Shown here one piece after another: positions 12,735 through 24,619 of a stretch of 64,000 bases of DNA (the stretch's first letter is position 1; each line of letters begins with the position of its first letter). The stretch is taken from contig NW_024704757.1 in assembly GCF_018977255.1 (NCBI RefSeq), positions 8,060,001-8,124,000 on the forward strand, read 5' to 3'. This DNA is from Callorhinchus milii (Eukaryota). A program made the position numbers and the translations under genes. Under the pieces are notes generated by a model. The model worked only from the letters and a program-made list of their open reading frames with translations, had not been told where the DNA came from and did no database searches.

Positions 12735-14045
12735 CCCTGTTAACCCTGCATAGCAGAGCTCTAAGAGGTAGGGCAGTCCTTGTACAAGAAGCTTGCAGAT
12801 TGTCTGCAATGGTGACATACACAGCTGTCATTTGCTAAACTCCCATCAATGCCCCAATTTGTGCTCTGAAGCGCTTAGCCTTGACTCTTTCAACCCTCAA
12901 CTAAACTCCAAGGGATAATGTAAGCAGGGTGCAACGTTTTGGGGAGAGAGTGCGCGCTCCACACGAGACAGAAACTGCATATCTGGAGCAGATTGGTTTG
13001 GAGACTCTTAAGAGTGGTGATGGTGTTTCCTCGAGTCAGACACCCAGCGGACCAAAAGGAAAATATGGAAAAGGTGGGGAAATGCAATTAAAGGATTAAC
13101 CATGTCGTAATAAAATGTCTCGAAAGGATGAATCGTCTGCTTCTGTTACCGAGTTCCTAGTTTTGCTATTTCAAGATAAACACTTGGTATTAGTAGCATT
13201 TGCCCCAACCCCTCCACTCTTCCGTGCCCACCAACATTTCTCAAACAATCATCCCTAAATGCAAGAACCTGCTTACAGTTAACATGTCACAGGAAGAGGC
13301 TGCAGGTCAGACAAGAAGTTGGAGCCACTCGGTTATCTGCCACTGTAAACACTCAGGGTGTAAAGTAAATGTGAGGTAATCGGGACACAAGGCACCTCCG
13401 TGTTATGATTGTCGTTTAATATGTCACTAGATGTTTTTGTTTCTCAAAGCTTGCAATCAAAGAGCCTAATCAGTAATCCTGGAGAGGCAGTATGAGGAAG
13501 GTTTAGATTATTGAACATTCCCCACTCGGCTCTTGTTAACCCTGCAACCAAAGCTCTGATGGGTAGAGTAGACAAGGCAGCGGGAAAGCTTGCCAGCCGG
13601 AGCTCTCAATAGCAAGCTCTACAGTTTCAGCTTAGTAAATTCCAGCACACTCTGGGATCCCCAAGCCTTGGCTCTTGCCAACCTAATGCTCTCCATAATT
13701 AGGTAAGCAGGGTGCACACTCCGGGGAGAGAATGTACATTTCATAAACCCAAGTGGAACTTTTAGTCTGGTTTGGATACTCTTAAGCATTGTGATAGGTT
13801 TCCTTCTATCCAGTTACTGAACCAGGCAGTCGGGTCCGCAGTATTTCAGGGCACTACTGATGACAGCACAATTTATTGGGCAAGACAGGAGAGGTTTAAG
13901 CAGGTGAGACGCCAACAGTTACCCCAACTCACACTCTGGTCCTAATACTTTCCGGAATTAGGTAAGCAGTATGCATCCCTCCAGCGAGATAGTGTGTGAA
14001 TTCCATTCCAACATTCTGTCTCTGGGATTTCCACGTGTAGGTTGG
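12735..14045 (-). repeat. Cluster of three family X copies (about 12735-13060, 13520-13830, 13890-14045)
   Basis: Each contains gtaagcag(gg)tgca; cacactctgg, gttaaccctgca and ctcttaag blocks are each shared by at least two of the three. All are reverse-complementary to 44980-45470. Confidence 0.8.
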
Positions 14046-14258
14046 TTGAGATACCTGATAAAAGCAGAGGCAACGGCAGAAGTGTTAGAAATGGCCTCAT
14101 TGGGCGAGAGTTCCCTCACTGGCCACAGTTCCCTCTCATGATCTCTATCCAAGCCCCTGGGTGTCAGATAGGAATAAGGAAAAATTGCAGTGAAGTCAAT
14201 TTGTTGACTCATTCCTCTCCTGTCTTGCCCGATTCACTCATTCGTTTATTCGTATGCT

Positions 14259-14402
14259 NNNNNNNNNNNNNNNNNNNNNNNNNNNNNNNNNNNNNNNNNN
14301 NNNNNNNNNNNNNNNNNNNNNNNNNNNNNNNNNNNNNNNNNNNNNNNNNNNNNNNNNNNNNNNNNNNNNNNNNNNNNNNNNNNNNNNNNNNNNNNNNNNN
14401 NN
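14259..14402. other. Assembly gap (N run)
   Basis: 144 consecutive N. Confidence 1.
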
Positions 14403-15629
14403 TGACGATGTGGAACCCCATTTCTCCTCCAGCTAAATTCTCCCGAACTCTTTTGTCTTCCTATAATTAAAGGCCTTTGTCCTTATCAAGTTCTTTTCTT
14501 TCCTTCCCCCGTGGCCCACCCCTGGGTTTACAGGATGGTTTTAGCCAAAGTTTTAACTAGGTGTGCAGCCCGCCTGTTGTTTTGGTTTTGTGGGGCAGAC
14601 AAATGAATATGTTAATAGCAGGCGACTCGTGAGCAAGGGCATTATGCAGGGCAGCTTGCTTCTGTCCTTCAACCTCTCTGTGCTAATGGGTCACTTTCAG
14701 ACCTTCCGGGCATGTTAAAGTAACATTTGCAAGGCAGATGAATCTTGTCTCTTGCTCCTTGTTGACAGACTGAGTGGTGAGCAGACTGAGTGGTGATGGC
14801 GGCTTTTCCAGGGTAGAAATCTGCTCCCAAACAACGTCAAGACATCCATCCACTCTGTCTCCTCCTGCAGTTTGTACCCTGGTGCTCAGCTCAGCAAATA
14901 ACCAAGTCTGCAGACTTCTGTGAAGTTGGTTGGCTGGTTGCCCCGATAGTGACGAAGGGCGCCTTTTATGTTGGATTTCATTCTTTCTTGTGCTCTTTGG
15001 ATCAGCTGTTTCTGTTGTCCTGTTTGTCGCGGGGTCTAAAATATGCTGATTTCTATAGAGATGAGAGAAGTGGCAACTGTGAGTCGCAAATGCCGACTCC
15101 CTCCAGCAGCCGGTGTACATCACGCTGTACATCAAGCCGGCCCCTGGGGGAACTCCACGCGTGAACCACTTTCCCTGCATGCGGTGTAGTGTTGGGAGGA
15201 GCTCAGAGGAGTTGTTTGCAGCTTGGGATCCATTAGACATTGTTATGTAGAGCGATACGCCACAGAAACAGGCCATTCGTCTCAGCTAGTCCGTGTTCAG
15301 ATCTCAAAGTCTGCAATTCAGAAGTCAAAGGTGACCTGATAGTGTCTGTTTCTTTTCATTGGATGGATCAGGCCATGTCTCTTCTGTGCTTCTTGCTTTG
15401 TCCATTGATTTTGTAGAAAACCTGGCAGCAGCTGATTATTGTAGCCTTTCAGCACAAGCTTGTTAAGAGAAATCTCCAGCCATTTTGTCCATAATATAAA
15501 CATTTTGGTGCCTGTAATACTTAATGGCCTTAATGTGCTCACTGAGTTGGCGCTGCTTGACTTTAAAACAGATCCTGTTTCACATTTCTCCCTATTAATG
15601 AACGCATTTCAAGACTTCTTTAAAAATCT

Positions 15630-15765
15630 ATGTATGTGTATATATGTACATGCATGTGTATGTATATATGTGTGTATTAATGCATTGTATATGTGTATAT
15701 GTTTGTGTACCTATGTGTATAATATGTGTGTATGTGTATGAATATTTATGTATGAGTGTGTATGG
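15630..15765. repeat. (TG/TA)n degenerate microsatellite
   Basis: tatgtgtatatatgtacatg-type repeats. Confidence 0.85.
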
Positions 15766-16137
15766 GTGATTTTTTATGTTTTGTGTGCGGATGTCTTATA
15801 TACAGTGTTTTGCTGAATTGTCTTAGAAATGCCTAATTCGATGACAGATATGTCTACTTTGTGTGCTGGGCTAACAACCCATGTGCATGATTGGGTTAAC
15901 CACGTGTAAACAGGTGTGTAAAGAGTAAATTGCAAGAACTCTTCATATAATTAACCGGCTATTCTGTTGGTCCCAGCATTAAGGGCATTCCTATGCTTTT
16001 GCACACGGTTAATCCAATTTGCAAATTCGACCCAATAATTAATGTTGTGACCTGAAATGACCTGAATTTCTTCCTACAGATACTATGCCATCAGGATCTG
16101 CATAAATCTGATTAACCTTCTTTCTGCTAACACTCAG

Positions 16138-16261
16138 GTGGCAAAAGTGGAGTATATAAGACGCAAACCGCGGTTAAAGGAGGTTATAGTGGGACTAGAG
16201 GAGCACCTGGAATGTGCGTGCACATTACTACAGTCTAACTCAGAGTACAGAGAGGGGGAAG
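16138..16261 (+). CDS. pdgfa: PDGF-A exon 5
   Basis: Translates as [41 protein letters not shown]. Acceptor ctaacactcag includes a branch-like ctaac; donor G|gtatgt. In frame with exon 4 and ends in phase 1. Confidence 0.97.
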
Positions 16262-16364
16262 GTATGTCATGGTTCAATACCTTCTTTTACTGTTCAGTGT
16301 TAGAATTGTTTTTCTTTGTGGGGTTAAGAGCAAGATGTGTTGGAGGGGAGAGGGGAGGGGGCTT

Positions 16365-16570
16365 CGGGGGCAGATGGGAGAGGTCATGGGGGGGAGATGG
16401 AAGGGATCATGGGGGAAGACGGGGGGAGAGATGGGAGAGATCATTGGGAATGATGGGAGGGATCATGGGGAGAGATGGGAGGGATCATTGGGAATGCTGG
16501 GAGGGATCATGGGGAGAGATGGGAGGGGTCATTGGGAATGATGGGAGGGAGCTTTGGGGAGAGATGAGAT
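16365..16570 (+). repeat. G-rich minisatellite (unit approx. gggagagatgggagggatcat)
   Basis: Multiple imperfect tandem copies just downstream of exon 5. Confidence 0.9.
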
Positions 16571-17229
16571 GACGTGAGGGGCGAAGCGGAAGGGGAAAGA
16601 TGGGAGGATGTGGAAGTAGAGGTGAGTGGGGGCGGGGGAGTGAGAGGGGCGAGTGAGAATTCACAGCTTAAAGAATGTTCACTTTCTCTTGATCAAAATG
16701 ATTTGAAAACCTAAAAGCACTGAAATAATTGTGTCTGTGTGCACATGCGTGTGGAGTTTGTGTGTGGGTATGGCGGGATGACAACCAACCCAACAAGAGA
16801 AAGAAAGCGAGAGACTGTCCAGGTCCAAACCAGCTGGCAGTATCTATGTTAAACACATTCCAACTGTGAGCACACAGTGAGTGCGCAAATTGGCTGGTGC
16901 GATTCGCCTACAAAATACACAGTCACTACACTTTGCAGGTATATCCTGTGAAGCGCGTTGAGACGCCCTCCTGACGTGAAAGGCATCATATAAAATGCAA
17001 GGATTATTATTATAATTACTAAACAAATTTGCAATTTGACGAGATGAGATCTACTCCATATACTTGCAAGGGATCAGTGAAATGCAACACTTGCCGATTT
17101 AGAAAGATCATGAACCTCTCTATCTGGAGCGAGCGAGAGAGAGAGAGAAGAAACAGAGAGAAAAAAAATATATAGACTCCAGTGTGTATTGATTTCTGTA
17201 TAAATTCCAACCCCAATGCATTTTCTTAG

Positions 17230-17339
17230 GGCCTTTCACCAGCCCTCAGCTGGTTAAAAGAAGAAATAGTGAAAAAATTAAAATACGGAAGAGCAAAAAG
17301 TTAATGCTGGCACCTGGCAAGGATGTTTTGCCAACATAA
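17230..17339 (+). CDS. pdgfa: Candidate PDGF-A alternative exon 6 (long isoform, basic retention tail); exon probably extends to the donor after 17359
   Basis: Acceptor ttttcttag. A phase-1 join to exon 5 gives GPFTSPQLVKRRNSEKIKIRKSKKLMLAPGKDVLPT*: Lys/Arg-rich and ending in PT* like tetrapod long PDGF-A. Donor GCAG|gtagga at 17360. It lies between exon 5 and the terminal exon. Confidence 0.8.
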
Positions 17340-18117
17340 AGGCTCTCGGACATTTGCAGGTAGGACTCACTGTGCTGGGTGTCACATTGACTGGCAGAGC
17401 ACAGGAAACCAATAGATCTCACTGGAATCACATTCACCATGTTAGTGTACAGTACCTGGAGGTTGGGGTGGGGTGGGGGGGGATAAAGGGGGAGGGGTAA
17501 ATGGGAGACATCACCATCGATTTGCCTGTACTGGTTATGCTTTTGGCAGATACTTTGCTCCAGCCTCTCCCTCACATCCTGGGCATTGCACACCTTCACT
17601 GCTCTTGTGTCTTACTGAAGGACACCCACCCTCCTGTTGTGAATTTGCTCCTTTCACTCCTTACCTTGAATTTGAGTTGCCCGATGCTAGTTTCCATCAC
17701 AGTCTCAGCCTGCTTGTTGCTTCTGCTTACCCGATAGGTTGACTTGCACTTTGCTGTGGGCATTGAGATGAATGATAATGGGTGACGAGGCTGAAAGTGC
17801 GTTTGAATCGGTGTTGAGTCTAAACGGTAAACGGTGAATGCAGGATGAACGAATAGAGCACTGAGCTCTAACTTTAACTTTGGACAGTTGATTTGTTCCA
17901 AGCCTGATGAATGCACACTCTGGTTTGCTGAACCATTTAGATTGGGAATCAACACTCACTGCACTTCTTGTTAAGAGCTTCCGATGTTGCAGTGTGATAT
18001 TCTGGCATTACCTAAATGCAACTATTATTATTATTTGTTTCCAAAATCATTCCTTTTCGAGAGGATCACTAAAGCAAAGTTTTGTCTGTCTTGTGATTCA
18101 GGTGGACATTAAAGGAC

Positions 18118-18245
18118 CCTCCCTCCCTTCTTGCCTCCCTCCCCCTCCTGCCCTCCCTCGCCCTTCTGCCCTCCCTCCCCCTCTTGCCCTCCCTCACCCT
18201 TCTGCCCTCCCTCCTTCTCCTGCCCTCCCTCGCCCTTCTTCCCCT
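18118..18245 (+). repeat. 18-bp pyrimidine minisatellite (ccttctgccctccctccc)
   Basis: About 6-7 tandem units. Confidence 0.9.
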
Positions 18246-18606
18246 GTTTCACCAAAGTATTTCAATCTTTGAGGGGGAGTTATCATCCTCCCTCAAAGAC
18301 TCATCTCCTTGCGTGTAGGATGTTGCCGATGCAAATTAGCTGCCACATTTGCCTCTTCAAAACAACTGTATTATTGGAGCTGCCAATCCTTGCAGCACAG
18401 ACTTGCTTTTCAGCGTGAGTGATTTTGCTCAGAATCCAGTGGCACGTGCCGTGCTACCCTGCTCGGCACAGCAGGCGCTGGGTTAAGCTGCCGTGAGATG
18501 CTGAGGTGTGGAGCTTCCTCCCAAAATATCTGGCTGGGGTGGGAGTTCAGTGGAAGCAACGATTAAGGTCGGGTTAAACCTTCACTGTGCTTTTCTTCTC
18601 TTACAG

Positions 18607-18617
18607 ATGTGAGGTGA
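18607..18617 (+). CDS. pdgfa: PDGF-A terminal exon coding part (short isoform ...D-V-R-stop)
   Basis: Strong polypyrimidine acceptor ttttcttctcttacag, then ATGTGAGGTGA. Joined to the last G of exon 5 it gives GAT GTG AGG TGA = DVR*, the canonical short PDGF-A C-terminus. Confidence 0.95.
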
Positions 18618-19510
18618 AAATAAGCTATCCAAGGACATGTCATGTGGGAGGGAGGGCCCTGGTCACCTCTTTTGTTACATGCCGACACCTGTTATGCCAA
18701 AGGTGCTTTTTGACTGTTTTCCTGCTCTCGATATGTTAAACAAAAAACTGTTTCCCGGCGAAACGGGGGGTAAAAAATAATGGACAAAACTGACTTGCTC
18801 CAAGGCAATGAGGAGGAAAGAGGTGGACAGGACTTCTCTGGGCTGTGAGGCGTCATTTCTTTCGTGAAAAGGCAACTCGGATGGATGGGAATAACGTCCT
18901 AAAATGCTGCTGAAAGGACACAATTTTCAAATGGAGGATCCTAATGAAGAACTTTAACATGGTGCTGTTATTACCAGGGCTGTTTGTCCAACTCTCGATG
19001 GACGGGATAAAGGAAGGAGAGCGCTAGCGGACTGTCTGAGAAACTGAATGGCCTTTTCCCAACGCGTATTTTCCGCTGGATTGTGGAGCAATGTTGCACA
19101 GTGTTTTGAACGACGCAGTTCCACTGGGAGGGAGAAGTCTTAAGACTAACGAACGCTTAAGAGTTTCTTCTTGCATCATTAGGTGTATATTAAGCTTGCT
19201 TATACTGTTGTACTCTTCTTTTTTTAATGTTTTATTATTCCATGGACAACTCGTATATTTTTTATTTGCATTTAGCAGACTGCAGGTATGACGTGACAGG
19301 CTCTTATTGATTTTATTTCTACTGGAAGTCTATGGCCCCTTAACAAGCTGTTCGGAAAACATTTGCGAGGAAATATTCTCAAACATGTTTTCTGGTTTCA
19401 CTTATTTCTCCCCTCCCGCCTTTCTCCTTTCCTTTATTTTTTTTCGTTCTAATTTAAAGCGTTTTCAAGTACAAATTATTTTGCATTAATAAATGATCCG
19501 AAAAGCAGGA
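18618..19510 (+). other. pdgfa: pdgfa 3' UTR
   Basis: Repeat-free, U-rich stretch after the stop, ending at AATAAA (19488-19493) with T/GT-rich sequence downstream. The cleavage site is estimated. Confidence 0.7.
19488..19493 (+). promoter_or_regulatory. Polyadenylation signal AATAAA
   Basis: Canonical hexamer about 870 nt after the stop, with U-rich sequence upstream and GU-rich sequence downstream. Confidence 0.7.
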
Positions 19511-19604
19511 AAGTTGACAGTCATCTTGGGCCTCTGTTTTCACAGCGCGGTTTTCTGGGCGTTCTCTCCTTCAGTGGTGGTGGTGTGTGTGTGTGTGTGT
19601 GTAT

Positions 19605-19965
19605 ATGACTGGTTAGCTCCCTTGCCTCACACATGAGAGGACCTAGGTTCGATTCCCGGGCAGTGCGTAGCCTTAGGGAAGTTTCCTTACTCCACACACC
19701 TCTGTTTATCCAGCAGTAAGTAGGAACTCGGTTGTTAGTCAATTGGTGGATCGCTTTCCAGGGCTAATAATCCCTCCAAAAATGTAATAATTTGGTCATT
19801 CAATCCACAACTGTTTATGGGTCACTTCTGTGCGCAATTGGCTGGCACGCTTCTCCCACAAAGTATACAGTCCAATATATACTGTACAATGTATTCCGTG
19901 AAGCGCTTTGAGACGTCGCAACGAAGTGATAAGGTGTTAGATCAAATGCCAGGATTATTATTATT
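19605..19965 (+). mobile_element. SINE, long CORE-containing subfamily
   Basis: Degenerate tRNA B-box ggttcgattcc, CORE-like cctctgtttatccagcagtaagtagg, Deu block and (TTA)n tail. Confidence 0.9.
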
Positions 19966-20659
19966 ACAAAGGCCCGACTTTTGCTTCCCGCGTTCGATTG
20001 TGTTCTGTGACTCGTCCGTTGCGTTGCCAGTTATGGAGGAGAGAATCCTGCACACCTTGGACAAAGAGAGAGAAATTATTTTTTCATGCGTGGTTCACAG
20101 GAGCAATCGAGGCACTTAAATCTACATTAAAAATGAATATCTAAGCAGTTAACACGTCGATTGTGTGTGTGTATCCCTCATGCATTGAGATTTTTGTCTC
20201 ATAGCCCACTCACGAGACAGAGACAGCGAGAGATTGTGCATGAGTGTGTGTGTGTGTGTGTACTGTCCTGTAACACTTTCCAGCCTACCAAGTCTCCTTA
20301 AACAATCAACAAATCAACTGAACACTGCTGATTTTTTTTGTTTCCCAGTTTATTCATGCAGAATTACAAACTTCTTGAATGGCAGGGTGCAAGTGCAACA
20401 TTGATAATGTATGAAATATATTTACACAACTTTATGCTTCTATCTTCAGGTTAAAAAAAACAGCTACATATTTAAAATTCTAGGAAACATTTTTTCCAAT
20501 GATCACATTGATAGAATCGGCTCCACCGTGTTTCAGTGTATGATTTCATTGAGTAAATATTTTCAGAGCTTCCTTCTCTTGAAGCTGGTTTCACTCCTGT
20601 TTTGATTCTGCTGGGAGGGAGGGAGGGAGGGGAATCACTACTAACATTGATTCCTGGCT

Positions 20660-20970
20660 GACACTCCAGTATGGGTTGGGGTAAGTGCTGGAGTTTACCC
20701 AGTCCTTATTGCACAGCTTGCCATTGAGAGCACTGACTGGCAAGCTTCCCGTTGTCCAGCTAGGTCCACCTGACCCATAAAAGGGCTTCGACTTACAGCG
20801 TTACCAGGAGGTGAGTGGGAAGAATCCCTGCTCCCAGTTACTGGTCTGTCCCTTCCAAGTGCTGGTGACAAGTCGGGCTAGCTGGCTGCTCGGTGCCCTG
20901 GAGTCCAGTGGACACGCCTGACTCAGCAACCAGACTCTCGAGACCACCACAGAGAGTTGATTTGGACATC
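20660..20970 (+). repeat. Family X copy (3' part)
   Basis: Hairpin agcttgcca...tggcaagct, ttgtccagctag, ctgctcccagt and ccacagag blocks. Confidence 0.8.
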
Positions 20971-22489
20971 CCGTTACCAAGCACGCCATCTCGGCGTCAG
21001 CTCAAAATACAAGGAAATGCCTCCTACCTCCCCCCCACCACCCCGGCCATCAATGTGATCATTGCGAAAAATGTTTCCTAGGTGGAGGCCAGGGTTGGGT
21101 TGGTGGGGTGGGGGGTGGTGGTGTCATCACAGAAGAGCCCAATCTTGTTTTCTCCTGACACCTTGCACACAGATCCCACCTAGAAGCGATCAGGTGGGAG
21201 GCATAACTGATTCCCCCCCTCCCACCACTCCCGAGTGTTGAGTCCAGTTGTTGCTCCAGCTGCTGCTAACTCAACCCCAGACGCAGTGTGCGACCTTCCC
21301 TTTTGCTCTTCGGGGTGAAGTAGAAAAGACTGAGTTATTAGCAGTTGATCCACCAGGTTTTGCATCTGAGGCTTGTCGCTCGGATTGAACCTTCGGCAGC
21401 TGACAGGCCAGGCTGTACTGGGACTGAGGCAGACATGTAGTCTCCCCACATACGTGTGGCTCTGTGAGAGCAAACAGCTGTTACGTGCTGTGTGCACAGA
21501 GCTTCCAGCCTTTTCATGTGGTGAGTTATGTGATCTTCCAATTCGGGTACAGAAGAAGGCTCCAGCGACGAGAGGATTCGGATACTCAGCCCTTAACCTT
21601 GGAACTAGCTGTGGAGAAACCTTCAGGCTTTTTTTCTGTTCCCATATACCCTTATCCCCATCCCTCACCTCCTCATCCCCCAGCCTCCCCTTCCCCGCAA
21701 AGTATACAGTCAATTCACTTTACAGTATATTCAGTGAAGCGCTTTGAGATGTCTTGATGATGTGATAAGGCGCTATATCAAATACAAAGATTATTTATTA
21801 TTATCCTGTCTGATTCCTGTTAAATCTCCTGTAATGTTTTGCCATTGAAGTCTCTCGACCCACTGTTTGGGCTGTTACACACAGTGGCCTTGAACCTAGC
21901 AACGGAGCTGATAGAAGCCACGGATTCTTGCATAAATCACAGCGTAATAACCACCCTGGTGCCTGCCGTTTGTGAGAGCCTTGTAACATGGTGGCGCTCA
22001 CTGAGGGAATGTCTCAGGCCAAAGCGGGGCACACTGCTTCAGGGCTAGCAATTTCAACTATTTCTGAAAATGAAAGGGGAGCCAGCGGAGCTGAGGTCTG
22101 GGTATCTGAAGTCTGTCTCTCTAACACTGTTTCTGTCTGACTCGGGCCGTTCACACCATGGACTGAGAGAGCTTTGTTCAGTGTGTTTGCTGTCGGAGAG
22201 GTAAGACGGAGGGGTGAGGGGCTGCAATGGTTGCTATGTCCTGACTTCACACTCCGGTCTCACAAACTGTCCAACACACTCTCTGGTACAAGGCTTCCCC
22301 TGGCACAATGAATCTAGATCTCAGTGATTTATCTGTCTGTCCACTTTCACGGTAATACACAGCCCAGCTTATGTTACACTTTGGTCTAACCTGCCCAAAA
22401 CCAAATGTTTTTAACTAATTAGTTTTAAAGAGAGCTTCTCCCACTATCCTAACCAATGAACCTTGCCTTAAATTGGTTAGTCCAGGACC

Positions 22490-23730
22490 ACTGCTGTCCT
22501 GACAGAATGTCTGTCAAACATCAAGTCCTGGATGAGAGCTAACTTTCTACAGTGGAACGTCAACAAGACCGAGGATCTCCTGATTGGATCCCGTCAGCGC
22601 CTCCTCACCTCAGGCGCTGACAGCATCACCATTCTAAGGATGCACAGTCCACCTTACTAAGCCAGTGCAGAACCTTGGGGGTCTTGTTTGACCCTCAACT
22701 ATCCTCTCTACCCCACATCCATGCCATGTCCCCCACCTCCGCAACATTGCATGGCTCACATCGCAGGCCACCGAGACCCTCATACTCTCATTCGAAACAT
22801 CCAGGCTTGACTGCGCAAACTCACTGCTTGTCGCCTTCATCAACTCCTCCCTCCATAGACTGCAGATCATCCAGAACTCTGCAGCCCATGTCCTCTCCCG
22901 CACCAGGCTCTGTGACCCTATCATCCCCATCCTCGCCCGATTCCACTGGCTTCCCATCACACAGAGGATACAGTTCAAGATCCTGATCCTCACCTTCAAA
23001 GTCCTCCATGGCCTTGCTCCCCCCTACCTCTGTGACCTTCTAACCAGCTACCAACCTGCCCATTCCATCTGCTCAGCAGGCTCTGGCATGCTTCATGTCC
23101 TCCGCCTTGCGTCCTTGGAGTCCTGTAGCTCAGTGGTTGTGGAGTCCTGTAGCTCAGTGGTTAGAGCACTCGCTTTGCAAGCGAGAGAACTGAGTTCAAT
23201 TCCAGGCAGGACAAACCTTGGGCAAGTTTCCTTACTCCACACACCTAATAATAATCCCTCCAAAACAAAACAATAATAAAATTGGTCATTTTCAATCTAC
23301 GACTGCTTGTGGCACATTGCTGTGCGCAATTGGCTGCCGCGTTCGCCCACAAATATACAGTCAATTCACTTTCCAGTATATTCTGTGAAGCACTTTGGGA
23401 CGTCTAGAGGACGTGAAAAGCTCTATATCAAATGCAAGGATTATTATTATATTATTATTATTGCTTGCCCATCATTGGTGGGTGAGCCTTCTGTCACTCT
23501 GCCACAACCCTCTGGAAGTCCATCCTGCAGTCCCTCCACCTCGCCCCCTCCCTTGCCTCCTTCAAGACCTATCTCAAGACACTCCTTTTCGTTTGTGTCT
23601 TCAGTCACCCTCCTTCCCTCCTGCCCTACACCGTCCCCAATCCTGACTCCCAGTTCGGGTCCGAAACACTGATTGTGCAGCGCCTCCCGATGTGAAAGGC
23701 CTTACACAAATGTAATTTTGTTAGTGTTGT
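22490..23730 (+). mobile_element. L2 LINE 3' fragment interrupted by a young SINE (23116-23462)
   Basis: ORF2 remnants (aaccttgggggtcttgtttgac; PILARFHWLPITQRIQFKILILTFK-like) and an L2 tail atgtgaaaggccttacacaaatgtaattttgtt. Confidence 0.9.
23116..23462 (+). mobile_element. Full-length young tRNA SINE with duplicated 5' end
   Basis: ggagtcctgtagctcagtggtt occurs twice, followed by the A/B boxes, Deu block and (TTA)n tail. Confidence 0.95.
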
Positions 23731-23744
23731 TTTACTTGCTGTTG

Positions 23745-24020
23745 ATGTAATAATCCTTGCATTTGATATAACACCTTATCATGTCTTTGAGACGTCTCAA
23801 AGCGCTTCACCGAATATACTGTAAAGTGAATTGACTGTATATATTTTGTGGGTGAAACACGGCAGCCAATTGCGCACAGCAGTGTCCCACAAACAAGTCG
23901 CGGATTGAAGTGACCAATTTATTATTATTATTTTTTGTGAAGGAATTATTACCCCCGGAAAAGCAATCCACTAAACAACTAACACCTGGGTTGCTACTTC
24001 CTGCTAGGTAAACAGAGGCA
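23745..24020 (-). mobile_element. SINE, long subfamily, 5'-truncated
   Basis: Reverse-complement tail and Deu block; ends ctgctaggtaaacagaggc. Confidence 0.88.
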
Positions 24021-24619
24021 TCAGCGAAAGCAACAACTTGTACAGCGCCTTCACAGAGTTAAATGTCTGAAAGAGTTTTACAGTATGATGAGAAACAGGG
24101 GGGAATGTACACTTGCCCAGTGGGGCCCGAGGCAGAACTTTCAAGGTCTGCGCATTCTGTCTTGGTGTTTGAGAGCACGAGCGGGGGGAGTGCCCCTTTA
24201 AGGGAGAAGTCTGAGAAGGTCTTCCCCTGAGTGAGTGGTGGGAGTGACACCTGATTCACATTCAGTCTGATTAGGACGTGAAGCCCTGCAGTCTATGTAA
24301 AGGTGATTCTAAGGTGTGTGTTTTTTGGTGGCAATAAATTGGACTCTTTGCTAGATGTTGTCTGCCTTTTGCCCAATGTAATATTTGGACTATGCAAGAT
24401 TAAGTGTCATTCAACGTTCTCTTGGTCTCTCATCACTCCAAGTGACTCAGCTTTGAGGTATTTTTACATCATGCTTATCTCTGGGAATAACTTGTTCATT
24501 TCATTGGCTGCTGGCCTGAGTCACTGCATTGCTGTTCTCATTGCATTGAGAAACTGAGCTGAAAGTTCACTGTCCACAGTACAGTACTGAGGCTATAAGG
24601 AGCAGTTAGATAGATCGTG

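Noticed and set aside
14683-15276. 197-aa minus-strand ORF in pdgfa intron 4
   Set aside because: No recognisable motif or exon structure; likely a chance ORF, although I could not run a homology search.
16262-16572. Read-through extension of the exon 5 ORF (144 aa in the ORF track)
   Set aside because: Intronic sequence after a canonical donor; the frame stays open only because of the G-rich minisatellite.
20714-20763. Helitron 3' terminus (hairpin followed by CTAG) in family X
   Set aside because: Homology between copies continues ~200 bp beyond the CTAG, so it is not the element end.
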